From Haliotis rubra (taxonomy: Eukaryota), in assembly GCF_003918875.1 (NCBI RefSeq), contig NW_025766248.1:1054001-1118000 (forward strand): a stretch of 64,000 nucleotides of DNA, in the 5' to 3' direction. How positions within the stretch are numbered: position 1 is the stretch's first letter; each line of letters begins with the position of its first letter. Positions 1 through 12,916 of this stretch are shown here, in pieces. The position numbers were made by a program, and so were the translations under genes. The notes beneath the pieces were generated by a model. The model saw only the letters and a list, made by a program, of their open reading frames with translations. It did no database searches and had not been told where the DNA came from.

Positions 1-78
1 CAGGTGGGCTCAATCCCTGCACCTTACGCTCGTTGGATCATTAGCCTGGCGCCTTAGACAGCTCGCCCACCACGCCCC
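1..78 (-). mobile_element. tRNA-derived SINE head (runs off window start)
   Basis: Reverse complement reads GGGGCGTGGTGGGCGAGCTGTCTAAGGCGCCAGGCT...GCAGGGATTGAGCCCACC, with degenerate Pol III A- and B-box-like segments; it lies in a UBA3 intron. Confidence 0.45.
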
Positions 79-175
79 AGATATGATACGTGTAATAATA
101 GTTGATGCATGTGTTGGGACAACATACTGTGGGCATTGTATTGTTCACAATTCTTGCATTCTTCCTTCTGTGCAG

Positions 176-3100
176 GTGTTGTGAAGAGAATCATCCCAGC
201 TGTGGCATCAACTAATGCAGTCATAGCAGGTATGACACACACAATGGAGCTTTCAGAGAACCATTCAGGGAAATATGTCATATTATTTGTGGTAATGAAA
301 GTATTAGAGAGGCAAGATTTTGTCAATATCAATATATGAGAACATGCATATTATAGCAGTATTCCTGGCATGGTGCCTGACTTCAGGAATCACATAATAC
401 AAGGTTGTTCCCCATTGCTTCTCACTACATATCCTTTGTCACTTGTGGTTGCCCACTGTGACCTTGACCAGTTACTTTAAAACCACTTTATCTTCATTTT
501 TTTGTGGATTTCTTTACATATGTACAACTGTACGCTTCTGACCTTGACCCTTACCTTGCGCTAATGATTGCAGGTGATTTCAATGTTAAAACCAAACTCC
601 GTGATTGAGTGAAGGAAGGCATTCAGTAGAAATCAGGGTCCACAACAATATGCCCTTTGAATGATTTTGAAATGACTGTTTTTACTGATTCCAGCGGCCT
701 GTGCTACAGAGGTGTTCAAGGTGGCAACAAGGTAAGGGGCTTTCTAGCTGATGTTTTCATGTTTGTGAAGTTATTACTGGGAGGTCGGTGCTTTGATCCA
801 AGGCCTGTGTCATACCAAGACATTAAAAGACAATACTTGTTATTACCCTGCCTCGGTCAGCATTAAGGGATAAAACATAGACTGGTTGGCTCAAAGTCAG
901 CATAATGTGTCCGAGTGGCGTATTCATTCATGGTATCCCAGTAAGCAAGTGCTATAAAAGGGCATACATCCAGACAAGTACACACATTTGCTATGAACAT
1001 ACCCTTGAAGTTCTGGGCTAGAATTGGTCTTCAGCAACCCTTGCTTGTTGTAAGAGGCAACAAACAGGGTCACCGACTTGGTTGACACATGTCATCGTAT
1101 CCCAATTGTGTAGATCGATGCTCATGATGTTGATCACTGTATTGTCTGTACATGCTTTGATCTTGATCCTAAATTCCATGCCATGTCACCTCACATTTTT
1201 CATACTGCTAAACTGCATCTGTCATGTCATGTCCTGACCATTCTGGGAGGACTGTATACTACTCAAAATATAGTTTAGACCACTTGTCTTTCTTGTTACT
1301 TTAAATTAAAACAGACACTGACTATTCATGAAAATCACACCCGTCAAGAGTAACTTAACACAGACGTTAGAAAGGAATGTATTGAAAATCATTTTCTGAG
1401 AGTAGGAGGACAACCTAGTAATTACTTTGCTGTGGTTTCATGAAGCTTTGTGTATTTGCCTCACGTGGAACATATTTGTTCCAGCTGTTCACATCCTCTC
1501 AACAACTACATGAACTTCAACGACACAGAAGGCGTGTACACATTCACATTCGAGGCACAGAAGAGGGTAAGTTTTCCTTGACATACATGTCTGTATATGC
1601 CTCACTGAAATGAATAAAAATATTTTAAAAAAAGGAAAGTTTTCCTTGTTAATCAAGACACAATATGTATCAATGGTAGGTACTGTGTGACAGTGTATGA
1701 CATCCGTAGTGTATGTGTGACAGTGACATGTGTATCATATGTATGACATGTAACAATGACATCTGGAGCGTAAGTACGACATGTCTGACTTGCGTGACTT
1801 GACTGATTGGTTTCACCAATATGCCCAAACGAATTTCATGGAGCAATTTGAACAGCCACGATTGTGTGTTTTATTGAAGACAGGTAACAATAATGCTTCC
1901 TGTTTATGAATATACAGTGTCTCCCCAGGCTGTTTATCGTTACAGTATGCAGTGGTTTCTGTCAGTTGCTTCCAAAGAAAGTTGGTTCAGGATATTGATG
2001 ACTGTGCTGCTTCCAGAAAGCAATTTTGATATTGTTAGTACACAGCTACCAGCTGAAGATCTAATTCGATTCCCCATATGGGTACAATGTGTGAAGCCCA
2101 TTTGTATTGTCCTAGCTGAAGATCTAATTTCGATTCCCCAAAGGGGTACAATGTGTGAAGCCCATTGTGTTGTCCTAGGTTATTGCTGGAATATTGTTAA
2201 AAGCGACATGAAACTAAACTCACCCACTCGTCACTCTGAGTATTGGATATGATATCTAGCATCCTGTTGCATCAAACTGACTCCTTCCCTTCTCTATCAG
2301 GATGACTGTATGGGCTGCAGCCAGATCCCTCAAGCCCTGTCCTTCTCCGAGAACGACAAGCTGCAGGACGTCATCACACACCTCATTGAGAGTAATACAT
2401 AGTGAGTACTTTTCAAGAATAATGTGGATAAGATGACCAGATTAAGAGTTTGGTTTGTAAGTCACATAAGTTTGAAATATGTGAGAATACTGATTATATT
2501 TACCTGTGTCACTGTACACATTGAACAAAGCAGACTAGCAATCAGACTAGCGGACCGGTTTTAGATTTCAGTCACATCAGTCTATTGTCTTCCATCATGA
2601 ATGCTGGGAACTTTGTCTGATTCCAACATAAAATCTAGAGTTTATTCAGGGATCAACACAGGTTTTCAAAGATGAAAGTTTCAGATCCTTGTTTATGTTA
2701 TTATTAGTAATTCATTATTCAATTAATTCAGTATTGGAAGGCTTGAAGAGTCTTCTTAAAGGTTTCCCATATAAAAAACTGTGGCATTATCTGACTGTAG
2801 GCTGGCTCCAGAAACAGTGCAGGTCAGAACAGGTACAAGCGGCCATCTTCGTCCATGTTGCTATAGTATGTCGTGATACAGGTCTCTAGGTATCATGTAT
2901 AATTTCAAGCTCATGTGTTCAGGTGCATGTAGGCCATTGATGGGTGATTACTATTCTGTGCCATGGTACATATTGTATCATAATCTTCTGTATCATTCAG
3001 TCCCGTAACCCACTGTTTATGTACCATTATTAATTTGCAAGCTGTTTTGCTACACACAGATTGAATGGTTGTTTGTTTTTCACAGTCAGATGAAATCCCC

Positions 3101-3921
3101 TGGTATCACAACCTGTGTAGATGGTAAAAACAAAACTCTGTACATGCAGACTGTGAAATCTATAGAAGCAAAAACAAAAGAAAATTTAAAGAAAACTCTT
3201 AAAGGTGAGTAATATCATGTAACATATATGCTGGTTTAGAAAGTATCCTTTGTCAGGGATATAAGTGATGATACCAAACATCTCCAAATTGAGGGTTAAT
3301 CGAACTGACTAGATTTGTGGATTCTTTGAGATTTGTCTGAATTTGATCACTGCTGTCACACAAACCATGCAGGTCTTGAACATTTCCAGGATATCTTGGA
3401 ATTATTTTCTCAAACATTGTGTAGTGTTAAGGTCAAGGTCACCCTCGAGGCCAGAGCCTGACAAAAAGAGCCTATGTGTAAGATCAAGATCATTCTTGAA
3501 GTATGTTTACAATTTTCACTATAATGAGACTTTCTGCAGACTATTTTGAAGTCTCTTTACATGTAGTGGGTAATGTATTTGACTGATCATGTGTAAAGCA
3601 GTACGAAAATGAAGTCATTGTTTGCCTTACCCTGTCTTTGTGTTTGGTGCAGCTGGTGGGGTAAAATATTGTCAGCTTTTTGCAAACACCTGTTATCATC
3701 ACTATGTGACACTGATTTCTGTCATCTAATGATATAGTCAGAATCATATCTGTTTTTAACAGATTATTGTTTGATCATGGAGATAGTGGTTTCTGACTGT
3801 TTGGTGTGTTGCTTCAGATCTAGGACTACGTAATGGCCAGGAGATCTACGTAGCTGATGTCACCACGCCCACCTCCGTCACCTTCAGACTCCAGTTGGGG
3901 ACCAGTATGGATGACAGCTAG
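176..3921 (+). CDS. UBA3: NEDD8-activating enzyme E1 catalytic subunit, 3' six exons (5' part upstream of window)
   Basis: Exons 176-229, 695-731, 1485-1566, 2301-2401, 3086-3204, 3818-3921, all AG/GT bounded with matching phases. They give [66 protein letters not shown]...[28 protein letters not shown]...[28 protein letters not shown], i.e. the UBA3 adenylation C-terminus plus E2-binding domain. Confidence 0.95.
778..990 (+). mobile_element. SINE family C (Meta-like central domain), degenerate
   Basis: GTCATACCAAGACATTAAAA...CCCTGCCTCGGTCAGCATTAAGGGAT core; related degenerate copies at about 29260-29470 (+) and 60560-60810 (-). Confidence 0.45.
1002..1150 (+). mobile_element. Short retroelement family B, partial
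   Basis: Matches the ~245 bp family at 28749-28994, with an internal deletion. Confidence 0.7.
2055..2230 (+). mobile_element. tRNA-derived SINE family A, partial with internal duplication
   Basis: TTCGATTCCCC..GGGTACAATGTGTGAAGCCCAT occurs twice, followed by the GCTGGAATATTG...AAACTAAACTCAC tail. Confidence 0.7.
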
Positions 3922-3983
3922 ACAGTCATGTGTGGAAGGAATTGAAATAATATTGAACTGACTACATGCCCGGACACAAAGAT

Positions 3984-4109
3984 CAGGGATGAGAAATTTC
4001 TGCGGATTTGATCACGCTGGGGTCATACTTGTGAATCGTCTAAACCTGCAGCCCCCAAGACCCCCGGCTCATTTTCCTGCTTTTTCACTCATGCCCATTC
4101 TCATCCCTG
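3984..4109. mobile_element. MITE with CAGGGATGAGAA terminal inverted repeats (hAT-like) in UBA3 3' region
   Basis: CAGGGATGAGAA at 3984 and TTCTCATCCCTG ending at 4109; flanking duplication only partial (AAAGAT). Confidence 0.55.
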
Positions 4110-6093
4110 AAAGATTGGATCTTTCAATGCATCAACAAGTGCTATTTCCATTTCAACACTGAAGTTCTTTAAGAGAGCAGATTAGGAGAAGTGTTGTGGA
4201 CAGAGCATGCTGACTATCAGTACCACCCCCTGTGCACATGCCTCCAATCCAAACATTCACGGGTCTCTCCACTACCAGGTTCACCCAGCTTTGAAAAGGT
4301 CTTAAATTTGAAACTCTGGCCATGAAAATGCCGTAAATTTGACAGTCTGGCCACCAAAAGGACTAAGATTACCAACTGGGTTATTTGCAGATGACTTTCA
4401 ATTTGATTTTCAGGACATGAAATCGGCCCAATTTGAAATTCTGGTGAAAAAGAAGGCCTTCAGTTTGACATTTTGACCATGAAAAAGCCTTAACTTTGAA
4501 AGTGTCTTGAAACAGGTTTGACCTTAAAGAAATGCATTGATTTGTCAAGGAAGGTTAGTTTACAGTTGAAACGTTTTGCAGTCACAGTTGTATGTAGATA
4601 TTATGAAGCTAAAGATTGGTTGGTAAATCACTGGATAAATAATTTTTCGTATAGACTTAAAACATGATAGTCATGGGTAGGCGCCATTGGTCATTTCCAA
4701 CCATTCCACAACTCATTTTTGACTTGTAGCTACAGAAAATCAGTAATTTTGGAGAATAGTTCTTCAAAGGTTTGGATGAACAGATTATTGGCCTTGTCTA
4801 TACCCTGATCGTGTATAAGAATTTACAGTGAGATCTATTCTGACAGCAAAAACCCTAAGATTATCCAAGTAATCTGCTTGAAAGCAGACCTTTTCGCCTT
4901 AAAAGTGTGATCATTGCCTTTTAAAACCCAAAAAGTTTTTTGAATTGAAGGCTAATGTTTTCAATGAACCATGTGCTAGGCTGCGGAGGTAACCCAGCAA
5001 CAGCCTGATGTCACAGGGCATTGTTTTGCTACTATATTTGGTGAGACAGTTTCAGAAATTACATAATAACGTATTGAGACATACTGGTAAAGTTTGTGGT
5101 GCTGCAGGGTCCCGATCCACAAACCGTTTGTAGCGCTACAACTTTCGTAAGCCTATGATAAACTATAGAGTTATGATGGCTTTGTGGATCTATGGCTTTG
5201 TGGATCTGGACCTAGACTTGTAGAGGTAGGCCTGGAGGTTACCTAAGATTTGTGTTTGATCACCATTTTCTACTTGAGTAGAAATAGACAAAGATGACCA
5301 AGTCACGTGACTGTCAGTTTCTGTTCTTTTGAAATTTTAGGGTGTCTTCATACTCTGCAACACGGATCAGATCGTTGCCCTGTATCAGTTTCTGGATTTT
5401 CTGGCCCGGCTGGAATTTTTACAAGCCATCATTGTGTAGCTAGAATGTCAAAATGTGTCGTTAAACGAACAACTGTTCCCTTAAATTAGTATTCCCAACT
5501 TATTGATCCATGAGTGTTGTTTTTGTCTTGGATTACTGAAGGAATATTTGTTTACAATATAATATTTGTCTGCAAGAAGTGAAATGAATAATTTGTTAGT
5601 CGAAACTGGACAGCAGTACCTCTGTCCCTACTAAGCATTGTATGACAGCATTTGGTGCTGCAAGGAGTTCTTCTTACAAAGACCGAAGACTGGTTCTGGA
5701 TTACTTTGAGCTGCATCATCTTTTTATGTAAAGACAAGATTCTTTTCCCCCACACCTTTTACTATACATATCATTCATAAAGTTTCTCAATTGCATTTGT
5801 TAATAACTGCTCCAGCTAAACTATATTACTGTGAAACTAAATGAATAATCTGATTGCATAGTATGATTAGAAAATCCTAAAATGTTAAACCCAGGAAAAG
5901 ATTTCTGATAGAAAAGGTCTAGTACTTGGTGTAAAAATACTAATTAAACTGCACCCAAAAGGTGTAAAACGTTACTCAGTACCAGAAAACGTAAATGATG
6001 TGTGAGTAAATGCTCAACTCAAAAAGAATTGATGGTCACTACAAAGTGCTGAGCTGATTGTAACTCTGATACTGTGAAGCTGACTGTAATCGT

Positions 6094-6413
6094 TAGGGAT
6101 GGAATCGATACGTATCAGGATACCCATGTCATTATTGAGTAAATTTAGTTACATTCATATTTAATAATTGCCCATGAAACATTTTTTTATTCTCAGAGAT
6201 TATAAAAGTCTAATTTCCCATTTTTGTGCATGAAAAATAATCATTTATAACTCTCATAACATCAAAAAACATGATACAATTGCAAAATGTAAACGATACA
6301 TAAACATATTTAAACCGATACTTTCAAAACTAAATATCGATACACTTTGAATGTATCGATAATTGTATGTTTTAGAAAAAGTGTGGATGTATTGATGTAT
6401 CGTGGCATCCATA
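6094..6413. mobile_element. hAT-type MITE with 8-bp target site duplication
   Basis: TAGGGATG...CATCCATA termini, exact 8-bp TSD GTAATCGT at 6086-6093 and 6414-6421, and ATCGATAC-type subterminal motifs. Confidence 0.75.
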
Positions 6414-6862
6414 GTAATCGTGCTGAGATCAGCTGACACCTGACTGAGGGAGGGAGGCAGCCATCCTCTGTATCTTCAGGGCTTGCATGTAGTGTGTCTT
6501 ACACTGCAGTATCCATTAAGATTTCCAGTAGCATTAAACCGGCATGTTTGTTGTACATTTCCAGTGAAATATATGTGTATGAATTGTATTTCAAAAGTAA
6601 ATATTTATAGAAAATGCCTGGATTGTCATGTACTTGATGAAATGTTCCAAGCCTGCTGTATGGACTCCTTTAGAAGACTGTCATACATAAACGATGTTAT
6701 TCAGTGTTATCAGTGATACAAATGTGAAGTCTGCTGATAGGCTGCAGTGCAAGATACCTTGAGTAATTAACATTGGAATTCCATGAAACTTTATTCACGT
6801 GACTAAATCTCCAAGATTCAAGGTAGGAACTTTGGGTGACCTAATAACGTCAGGTCATTAAA

Positions 6863-7001
6863 GTGAGTTAGTGGGTTTAATTTTATGCAGCTTTAAGCAA
6901 TATTCCAGCAATATCATGGCTTCACACATTGTACCATTGTGGAGAATGGAGCCCGGGTCTTCTGCGTGACGAGCGAACGCTTTAACCACTGGGCTACCCC
7001 A
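6863..7001 (-). mobile_element. tRNA-derived SINE family A
   Basis: Reverse complement matches GGGGTAGCCCAGTGGTTAAAGCGTTCGCTCGTCACGC.GAAGACCCGGG... with the family tail. Confidence 0.75.
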
Positions 7002-7211
7002 GTGTCAGTTAGGTCACTAGAAGTCAAGAGGCGGTGAGGTAGCTAAGTATTTGATCAATATGCAGACACCCAGGTTTTGATGACCAGCCTGTACTAGGTA
7101 GATGCCCATTCTGGTGCTCCATTATGTTACTGGAATGATGCTAAAACCAGCTCAAAAAACCAAAGTGGAAACACATGGAGTTTTCCACCCCAGACTCAGT
7201 TTGTAAAACAC

Positions 7212-7279
7212 CAGGGCCCGTTCCACAAAGCGACCGTAGCAGTACGACTATCGTAAGTCTATGTGGGACGGGGCCCTGG
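7212..7279. mobile_element. Short Harbinger/PIF-like MITE
   Basis: CAGGGCCCGTTCCACA...TGTGGGACGGGGCCCTG inverted termini in CWG context; relatives near 5105-5215, 35396-35515, 36452-36567 and 36752-36865. Confidence 0.55.
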
Positions 7280-7757
7280 CTTCCAGACAGCAACACAACA
7301 GGATAGGGCAAATACCCCCTGAAACTCATCATTTGTTAAATAGTTTATTCTGTATAATATTTTCAAGATATCTTCAAACAAGAAATCTTCAGCTGCCTCT
7401 CCTGTCTCGTTACTGTCATGTAGTCGTTACCACAGGGGCTTGTCGCAAAAAACTGACATCAGGGTGTTGACAAAAATATACCTTGATGGAGACAAGGTGT
7501 AGACAATATATACCTTGATACCCTGATGCCATTTTTTGCGTTACAAGCCCCTGTGGTCCTTATTACATCTAAGAAAGGAAGAAAAACAGACTTGTCGTTG
7601 TTTTTTTTGTTTGGACTCAGTCAAGAAAAGAATGGCATGTGCCAAAAGCAAGCGTCTGAATGGGGGCCAAAATGAAGCCCTGAAACAGTTCTCCGAATAG
7701 GACAGAAATATGCTTGGATGGTTAGCCTAAAGGCTTTTTACTTTTTAATACAAATGT

Positions 7758-7980
7758 GACCCGTGATGGTCCGGGTTAGAATATTGGCCTTCAGTAACCC
7801 ATGCTTGTCGTAAGAGGTGACTAACGGGATCGGGTGGTCAGGCACGCTGACTTGGTTGACACATGTCATCGTATCCCACTTGCGTAGATCGATACTCATG
7901 CTGTTGATAACTGGATTGTTTGGTCCAGACTCGATTATTTATTACTGAATGCGGCGTAAAACTAAACTCACTCAATCACT
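7758..7980 (+). mobile_element. Short retroelement family B
   Basis: GACCCGTGATGGTCCGGGTTAGAATATTGGCCTTCAGTAACCCATGCTTGTCGTAAGAGGTGACTAACGGGATC head and GCGGCGTAAAACTAAACTCACTC tail. Confidence 0.8.
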
Positions 7981-8498
7981 CATGTTGTCAATCATTGGAT
8001 TGTGTGGTCCTAACTCAATTTTCAACAGACGGCGTTAGACAACTATAGACCGACAAGATAAGATATGTATCACATGAGCCACTTTATTATTAGCTTCAAG
8101 TATACAATCACTACACACTACTACAAAGAACATTTATAAAATTATCGTATTTACACAATGCTCATATATGCTTGTCTTACATTCATTAGATATGCTATAT
8201 ATAGAGCGCTACTGAGCAGGACCTTTGGACTGGAATTGGCGCCATATAAATGTTTTCATCATGATGATGATGAGATATGCATAAATAACATTTTAAATAA
8301 AAAGAGTTCATATAAACAACTACAATAATGGAAAACAAGGATTCCCAAAATTCTAACACTTCCAGTCAATCATGTTTTCTTCATCTCCTGTTTCTCTCGG
8401 CCTGTTGCTTTTTTCTTTTTGTTCCTGCTTTCAGCATATGTTTTTGATAAATGTGTATCATGCGCAGTTCTCTGCATCATAAACTGGCTCTCTGCAGT

Positions 8499-9179
8499 CT
8501 ACTTCACCACTGCCTCCCTCTTCGCCGCCCGCTCTTCCTCCAGCTTCTTCAGTTTCTCCTCCCTCATCTGGAGCTGATGTTCCGCCCTCATTTTCTTCAG
8601 GAACTGGCGACGTTTCTTTTCGTCCTTGACAGCTTTGTGCTTGATTTCTCTGTCCAGTTGTTTCCTCTGGACTTGCTCCACAAACCTGCATGACAATACA
8701 CATGCAGTGGGGAATTAGATTAACATAAACTCAACACTAAGGCCTCTGGACTTGCTGGAGAAACCTGAATCAAAATAAACATGATATATAAAACTAGATC
8801 AACATTTTACACTTTTTGAAGACTCCTCTTTCAAATTGTACCTGTCCAGCCGAAATAGATCAGCCTTCTGTCTCCTCCTCTCCGCCGTATAGAAGCATCG
8901 CACTGGGATTTGCTCCAGACGTCTGGGAGCTTTGCCACGGGGAACAACCTCCTCCACGGCGGGGACAGAGAAGGCCACTCCCCCGCTGGACTGACGGTCG
9001 GGGACCAAGCCCTCATCTCGAAGCTGTTGGAGAATCTCCGCCCCTGACAGGCGGGGTGTGGGCCGTGTCACCTGACACTTGGCGTAGTACAGCTTGTGAG
9101 GGCAGTTGATCTTGCCCGTCAGAGCCTCCTCAGCAGATGTCTGTTTGAAAGGTATAACCTTGGTCTGTCTGCAGCCCAT
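8499..9179 (-). CDS. Stathmin-domain (STMND1/CCDC198-like) coiled-coil protein, 2 exons, 174 aa
   Basis: Exons 9179-8842 and 8685-8499 joined by a GT-AG intron in phase. The product starts MGCRQTK (N-myristoylation/palmitoylation-type), contains AEILQQLRDEGLV...GGVAFSVP...KAPRRLEQI (resembles the STMND1 DILEEL..GII / F.V / KPP.RL motifs) and ends in a charged coiled coil. Confidence 0.65.
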
Positions 9180-9244
9180 TTTAGAGAGATATTTGGCATC
9201 CGTATACAAACCCAACCTGTCTCCTCGAAATATGGCCGAGACAA

Positions 9245-9289
9245 TGACGTGACGACACAATAACATGACGTCATAATGTAGTGACGTCA
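9245..9289. promoter_or_regulatory. Cluster of CRE sites upstream of the stathmin-like gene
   Basis: Perfect TGACGTCA at 9266-9273 and 9282-9289 plus TGACGT at 9245, 70-110 bp upstream of the ATG at 9179. Confidence 0.45.
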
Positions 9290-10894
9290 GTGACTGCCAT
9301 TCCCACTATTAGCTGGGTCCCGTCTCTCATATCGCAATATAGATCTATACGCAAACTGACGACGTACAAAGGGATCTGGGAATCAGTATAATTTCTACTC
9401 GGAACACAATCAGCCATTGGAATTACAGGTTACAGAAAGAGGGGGGCGAGGTTTGCCAGAAGGCAGATGTACCCATAAAAGATGACTAAGGGATATCCAA
9501 ACACACAGTTGCCGTTAACAAGCATTCATTGTGTAGGATCTCAGGACCACTTATAGCATATCACCCGTGATTAAAGATAGCTATTGACTATTGACACAAA
9601 CGACGTCAAAACAGGGTTGAAGCGTAGTATATTTCACGCAGGTGTTCGCCACCAGTGTCACGTGATGTAATGATTACCAGCAGAACCAATCAGGACTCAC
9701 TTCCGTTGCACGAGTTTCTCGAGTGCGTTGAATGAAAGCAAAGGTGGCCATTATTCTGAGTTTTAGATGTCTGTCAAATCCTTCTTTACAAAAAAAAAAT
9801 GTCAAATCCACACAAACAGGTGAGAATAAAATCAAACTGGCATTAATATGAGATCAGTAATATGAACGATTTAACCGCTTATATTGAACTTTCCTTTGGA
9901 AATGTTCACCTGTGATTTGCCCTGGGAAGCCTTTTCCAAACGGAAATGTTTTTATCTGATTTGTTCCCTTCTTAGATTTTGAATGAAATGTTGTAGTTAC
10001 CAGTACAGTATGTGCGGGAATAGGCTGTTAAACACTATGTGTGTGAAGATGAAATTAATGTGTAACACACTAGGAAATTCCCCATTTCTAACATTTACAT
10101 TGTATTGGTGGGTGACTTTAGTTTCATTATAACGCCGCCTTCAACCGTATCTCAGGGTTAAGTGGGTGAATTTGTAGCTCCATGGTAAAGCCTAGGGTAC
10201 TTTGTTAGTTTTACACGTGGAGGAGTGTTCGAAACCATGGTGAATTCAACGAACATTCAACGTTACTGTTGTTCGTTAGTATATCTACCACTTGCAAGAC
10301 GTTAAAGACCCGATTTGTCACATAAATACATTTATCTGCAATGAGATCTTCATTAACTCGACTTTAGTTCTTTGACTATAATATTATAGCTATCGCGAGA
10401 GAATCTTTCCCACAAATGGTTTAAAACTGGCAGTACCTTATCTCTATTTTACAGTTATGGGGGCTTCGGTGTAATGTAAATAAGTCATTGCAAAATTACG
10501 CTATATACCTAGACAACCAAGGTACCCTACAACTGTCCGTGGTCATTGTAGTCAAAAGGGCCAATATTATATTAATATTTATTATTATTATTTATATTTG
10601 TATCAATATGTAAATAGTAACAAAAGTAAGAATTTTTAGTGTGATCATCATACACTCGACAGTTGAGTGGTTCAAATGTTCAAATGGTGGTTCAAGTGGT
10701 TCAAATGTTCACAATTCACTAATCTTTAGAGTTCACCGCAGACATCGTCACTAGACACATCATCATACACATTCCACTGACGTGGTAGGGCCATAGATTC
10801 GTGAGCACCGAGGCACTCTGATGTATTTAGGATGTTTAGGATTAGAGCTACTGCAACAACATGTAATGAATTTCTTTTAATCTTACTATTTTCT

Positions 10895-11021
10895 AAAAGT
10901 TTGGCCCTTTTGACTTAAGTCTATGGCCCTTTTGACTTTCTGTTGGCCCTTTTGACTTTCTGTTGGCCCTTTTGACTTTCCTTTGGCCCTTTTGTCCTTT
11001 GGCCCTTTTGACCTGTTCCCG
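10895..11021. repeat. ~21-bp subterminal tandem array of a non-autonomous DNA transposon end
   Basis: About 5 copies of TTGGCCCTTTTGACTTTCTG ending TTTGACCTGTTCCC; the same architecture and terminus occur at 24268-24393. Confidence 0.6.
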
Positions 11022-11287
11022 GTTTACGCCCCAGACTCCGTTTGTGAAACACCTGGCTAGCAGACAGCAACACCGCAATAGGGCAAATATCCCTTTATAT
11101 CTTTATTTGTTAAACAGTTTACTAAGTATAATATTTTCAAGACATTTTCAAACCAGACACCATTCCTCTCAGGTGTTGCTCTCATGTAGCCGTTATTAGA
11201 TGTAAGAAAGGAAGGAAAATACACTCATAATCTTGAAATTGCATTCAAAACCCATTTCACCTTATAACCCTTGGGCAGCTCAAACCT

Positions 11288-12290
11288 TATTAATAAGTAC
11301 ATTTATAATGCGCCAAATCCAGACACAAAGTGTATGCTCATAGCGCTACATAAGAGATTCTGACATCACCAGGTTAAGAGATAGCGGCTAGAAATGATTA
11401 GAGTCTATAGAACTGAGTGAAGAGAAATGTTTTGAGACTGTCTTTGAACATTTGCAGAGTAGGGATTCCTTTAAGATAATCTGTGAGTTTATTCCAGAGA
11501 GTGGTGGCATTGTAAGTAAATGATCTCTGACCAAATCGTCTCAGACGTGGGGTTGGATCAAAGAAGAGATGTTGTTGGGCAGATCGGAGGACTCTAGATG
11601 GGTGGTAGACTTGTGTGAGTTCAGACAGGTAGGAAGGTGCTGATTGGTAAAAACACTGATAAGCCAGTGCAAGCACTTTATACTGAACACGTGCATCAAC
11701 AGGTAGCCAGTGCAGTTTCATCAGTATGGGCGTGATGTGCACAGATTTCTTTGATCGTGTAACTATCCTTGCGGCAGAATTCTGAATGCGCTGAAGCCTG
11801 GACATTTGTTCATTGGTGATGTTACATAAAAGACCATTACAGTAGTCCAGCTTGGATAGCACTAAACTCCTGACAAGCATATGGGCAGTATCAGTAGACA
11901 GCAGGTGCCGGATGTTGCCGATGTTCCGGAGATGATAGTGACAAGCTCTGCAGGTCATAGTGATGTGCTCATCCATTGACAGGTCATTGTCCAGGATAAC
12001 TCCCAGATTTCTAACACAGTCAGTGAAAAGAACCTGGGACTGTCCAACACTAAGAGATGAAACATTTGCCTTGTTCCGCTTATCACATGTACCAATCAAC
12101 ATGGCTTCTGTCTTGTCTGTGTTTATTTTCAACATGTTTGTGTTCATCCAACACTGAATGTTGCTGGTGCAGATACCAATATGAGAGACAGCAGTTTGGG
12201 CGTTCTGATGCAGGAAGGAATCAAGTAACTGAGTGTCATCAGCATAGAAATGGTGAAAGGTATTGGATTACGATCACCCAGCTTAGATCA
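11288..12290 (-). mobile_element. 5'-truncated L2-clade LINE (reverse transcriptase C-terminal half plus 3' UTR)
   Basis: In frame upstream of ORF 11398-12147 is HFYADDTQL, followed by LKINTDKTE, VRNLGVILD, SKLDYCNGLL, LQRIQNSAAR, LHWLPV and FGQRSF motifs. The 3' tail AGCGCTATGAGCA...GGCGCATTATAAAT is L2-like. Confidence 0.85.
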
Positions 12291-12916
12291 CTTTGTACAA
12301 TGCATGATCATTCATATACATTTACACAGAATGTGTTCTGGGATTTTGTATCAATTGTTACAGCAGTACTTTCAACACAAGTCACTAATTGAAATTGACA
12401 CCTTTGAATGTCTACATGGGTGTCCTGATGGGGTAAAGCATGATCAAACATATATCATTAACAACTGATATAATATATCCATACAAACTTATTGAGAGTA
12501 TATTAAAACTTTATCTGTTTATTGTAGCATTGCAGTTGAGCTATTATCTCATAAAAGCATATATTACTTGATGTAATGACACAACAAAACACTTCAGTGT
12601 TTGATTCTTGCAATATCCATACAGTAACAGAACAAAAGCAGAACCAGCTGTCCCAATGTTTTCCAACAGAGTGACAATCTCAACTTGCAGAGATATGTGT
12701 CTGCATTTTGTTCAAAACTTGTCTGCTATTCACTTTTCTTTTATCAAATGCATTGTTATCATATTTACTGCTATGGGCTGAGCTTACTAGACTGAACAGA
12801 ATTTCATAGACTTGGACACTGACTGACCCAAGTCTAAGACCCTCATACATGCATAATAAGTCCATGTTGGCATTCGACAATTCAATCATACTTGCTTATC
12901 AAATCTTGCAAACTCT

